Source: Heteronotia binoei
Lineage: Eukaryota
DNA: 64,000 bases
NCBI RefSeq assembly: GCF_032191835.1
Contig: NC_083223.1
Coordinates: 220,906,001-220,970,000 of the forward strand
Direction: 5' to 3'
The position numbers and the translations under genes are program-made. The stretch's first letter is position 1. Every line of letters begins with the position of its first letter. Positions 60,424-64,000 of the stretch are shown here, in pieces. The notes under the pieces are model-generated. The model worked only from the letters and a program-made list of their open reading frames with translations, ran no database searches and had not been told where the DNA came from.

Positions 60424-63400
60424 ACCGAGATTCCCAAGCAACCTTTTAAAAGATGCATACTGGGAAAGCCGGGGATCTCACATAAGACAACCAGGAGAAA
60501 GTTGCTGTGACCCCGCCCCCCCTTCGAGGTTCTTCTATCAGGACAAGCCCTACTTAAGGAACCCTGGAGGAAGAGACAGCCCTGGATTCCAGCCCAATGC
60601 CACAGTCTGACACATCCCAAATTATAACTCTTCTTGCAGAGTTACAGTTACTTCTGTGTTTTCCATGAAAGATGCAAATAGCAGCTTTGCTGCAAGGAGA
60701 AAGAGTCAATAGCAATCTTATTTTTCATCCAGAACAAAAGTGAATGTGTGAAGGATGAGGAAGAGAAGCAGATGGGAATGGAAAACTGAAAACAGTGCAG
60801 GAGGAGACAGTTGGTGACACCAAATGCCATGCTGATGAGGGATCTGGGCCAAGCAGCCTCTATGGCTTAGGCAAAGTTGAGGGGCTTGGTTCTGCTTATT
60901 CTAGACCACCAGGTGTCTCTTAGGGCAGTGGCCCACCAGGAAATGTCCCTGCAAGTTAACTAGCCAGTATGCTCCATGCTCCTCTCCCCTCTCCCCGCCC
61001 CCCACTCAAAAGGAAAAGAGGAAAGAAGCTCCCGTGGTAGCCTTAAGGAGAAGAAGAAAGCGATTAAAGCAGTGAGGGTGGGGTGGAGAACTTGGGGCTG
61101 CCAAGTCTGTGCTGGAAAATACCTGCAGACTTTGGGGGTGAATCTGGGAGAGGATGGGATTTGGGGAGGGAGGGGGCCTCAGCATGGTTCAATGCCACAG
61201 AGCCCACCCTTCAAAGTGGCCATTTTCTCCAGAGGGGCTGGAGATCAGTTGTAAAAGTGGGAGATCTCCAAGTCCCACCTGAAGGCTGGCAATTCTAGAA
61301 CTGTTTTTAATTGCTTGGAGAATGACTGGCTATTTCCTTTTGCCCCACCTCTGATCACCTCTATATCCTTGCCTGAATAGTGACTTCATTTTTATAGGCT
61401 CTGCTCTAGTTTGATTCATCCGCTGTCAGTTGGGTTACCAACCTCCAGGTAGGATCTGCATCACATAGAGGGTGGGGGCACATTCCTGTCTGACAAAGCC
61501 CTCCCATCGAGAGACACAGCTGTGAAATATCCAAACATTTCTTGAACAGCATCAGGAATAGAGTTCTGAAAATCAGCCATATGAATGGATTGCCATCTGT
61601 ATAGTTGTAGCAAGACTCCTGTGCCATTGGAAGTTGCACTGATAGACAACAGAGTTATATGGAGAGCTGCCATTATCAACTTTATGTTAAGCGGTTTGCA
61701 AAGGTACAACATCCAGCCTGGGAAAAGAGTGCTGGAAACTCTACAGCAACTAGCCAGATGCACACTAGTCACTGCAGCTGTGGGTCATTATAGATGGCAC
61801 TACAGTAGGAATGGGTTCCCCCCTTTCCTCTATCCCTGTTGGACAGGTGTCAAGAAAGAGACAACCCCTGTTCACACAGTGTGTTGAGTCCGTGTTAAAC
61901 TGACCCGGTTCTGTTCTGAATATCTTTGTTCCAGATATTATCCATCAGACTGCCATACTGCAATTCAAATCACTCCCTGGTGAAACCATCTTCTGCCATC
62001 CACATGATGGCACTATGCAGTTCTTTTTTTTTTGTTTCCTCCACCGTTAGGTGCATAAGAGCATTATGCACATGTGCACATTATGCGCACATGTGCATAG
62101 GTAAAACATAATGTGGTTATGCGGTTAAGTGCATATCGCTAAGTAGTAAAAAAAAATGGTGACTGTAAACCAGATGTCTGAGGCTCCTTTTGCTCTGGGA
62201 GAGCCTTCAGACATCTGGAATTTGGTTAATATTGCAGCAGCACTATCCAGATGGAGAAAACTATGAGGTGAAACCGGACAACTCAAAAAACGCCACAAAG
62301 GAGGAGGTAACAAAATAATCCGGTTTGGAGAAGGATTGGAGGGAGGCAACAACGATTGACTACCGGGAGGCAGATGTTGCTGTCTGATCAGCCACTTTTA
62401 ATCCAGTAGGAAACAACAGCGACAACTGATTAAACTGTGCACCTGAACAGGCCCAACATGTAATAAAGTGTATTCAGTCATTGCAACAAACATCTGGTGG
62501 GCTCAGGCACTTTGTACTCCATGGTAAGCTACAGACAGGTCCGGCGCTGGGTTTTCTGCTGCTGGAGAAGGTTGATGGGGAGGGCGGGGGAGCCGGCAGT
62601 CGCTTCCCACACGCATTGTAAGGCACACGGGATGCAAGCCCCTTCCTCTGCTCAGTCTTCCTGCAATGCAGGAAGGTTCATTGAGGCAGGGGAGCTGGCG
62701 GTCACCTCCCACGTGCCTTGCAAGCACCCAGCCTGGCTCATGGGGGAGCGCCCAGCGGTGCCCGCAGGCAGGGTGACGACCTAGCGGCTGCCTACCCAGC
62801 CTACTCCCATGCACTAGCTCTGGCTACAGATTTGAGACAGTGGAACCCCGTGACCAACTTCCTGTCATCCCCTTCCCTATATCCACATGGTGGCATTCAC
62901 CTTACAGGGCTCATAGTGTAACCACTGGGCCAGTGTTTGCCCTTTGCTCATAGAGTATTGTGCTAGAACTTTCTCTGTCATTTTTGTATGGGGCTGGGGC
63001 TCTAATCCCACAAGGCAACTGTCCTCTTGAGTGTTTGACTAAGAAACAATAGTTGGAATGAAATGGCTGGTATTCAGTGTGGTTGTGCACCCTGGTTGCC
63101 CCCCTGTGAGTCACCATCAGCATGAAAACACAGCTACATGTTGTAATGTCGTATTGTAAAAGGGGCCCTCTGTACTCTGCAGCGGCTGTGCAGGTATAGC
63201 AGAAGACTGTGGAGGGAAGCAGTTGATTTTCAGTCCCACTGGTTTAGATGTATGCCATCTCTTTTGCTGGCATTACTTTGCACTGGCATCAGAGGTGGAA
63301 TTTGGAAAAAAGTGGCATGCCGGGTCCACATAGTCCCATTCCTCCCTTCCTTGGAGCTGCTTCTTTCTGGCCCTATACCAGTACAGTTGTTTTAGTGCTG

Positions 63401-63679
63401 GGGTTTCACCCACTTTGGACCAACATATCTCCAGATATGCCAGTGTATTTCTGAGATATTCCGGTATAGGAGTTTAGTTGTCATCCTAAGAAGCCCCAGA
63501 ACAGCCTTAGGATTGCTGTTATCAGATAACAGTTGAAGACAGATCATGTTTTTCCAGACAGTTAAAGGCAATTTGTAGGAAAATTTGCTGCTTTTCAAAC
63601 AAATGCTTATAGTGTCCATATTTGTCTACTTTTTTCCTTTAATCAAATAGGTTTTATATTCACACCCTCTCTATCCAGT

Positions 63680-63791
63680 ATGAAGATCCTGTGAATTTAG
63701 GGGGAGGCATTTGTGAGTTTCCTGCATTGTGCAGGGGGTTGGACTAGATGACCCTGGAGATCCCTTCCAACTCTATGATTCTATGATTCTA
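63680..63791 (+). mobile_element. CR1 3' terminus
   Basis: ggttggactagatgaccctgg...ctatgattctatgattcta; reverse complement of the 52747 end. Confidence 0.88.
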
Positions 63792-64000
63792 TATTATTTC
63801 ATAAACTTGTAAAATATGTTTGATTAGATGTGACATTTGAGCAAAAAAAAAGCAACTGCTCTCAAACTACTTTCTTAAAAATACTGTTCTTTTAAAATCT
63901 CTATCCTGCCTTTAGTCCATGTCCAGCTTCACTGCATCAGAGCATTCTATATTTGGCAACTGGAACAAAACCATCCACCCCGTTCTGCTTTACATTTTTT

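Noticed and set aside
61406-61772. Minus-strand ORFs with a good acceptor at 61638
   Set aside because: Two frames are open, there is no clear donor and I recognise no homologue, so it cannot be supported as a CDS.
1-64000. rRNA, bona fide tRNA genes or an autonomous DNA transposase
   Set aside because: None seen; the tRNA-like A/B boxes belong to SINE heads.

Overview
This is vertebrate genomic DNA from a squamate reptile, probably a gecko. That assignment is inferred from Sauria SINEs and the repeat families present. The window is dominated by transposable elements. (1) A full-length but decayed DIRS tyrosine-recombinase retrotransposon (639-5952, +) has both inverted termini, the internal complementary region, and gag, RT, RNaseH, methyltransferase and YR remnants. 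(2) A full-length Tf1/sushi-type Ty3/Gypsy chromovirus (13117-23611, -) has 428-bp LTRs about 97% identical and a 5-bp TSD. It carries a nested L2 in its 3' LTR and a nested near-full-length CR1 in gag. (3) There are several 5'-truncated L2, CR1, L1 and RTE LINEs, Sauria SINEs, tRNA-type SINEs, and at least nine hAT-type MITEs with 8-bp TSDs. I could not identify a host gene by name. There are several plus-strand exon candidates with good splice sites, and the Gypsy TSD reconstructs a perfect ACAG|GTAAGT donor. I see no convincing wholly new biological system. The best leads are the Gypsy insertion into a probable splice donor, its PEG10-like GGGAAAC-plus-pseudoknot frameshift signal, its tRNA-independent self-priming signature, the TTCTC crossover footprint of the DIRS integration, an endonuclease-less CR1, and a 218-bp inverted repeat. 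All alignments and counts were done by eye; no database searches were run.
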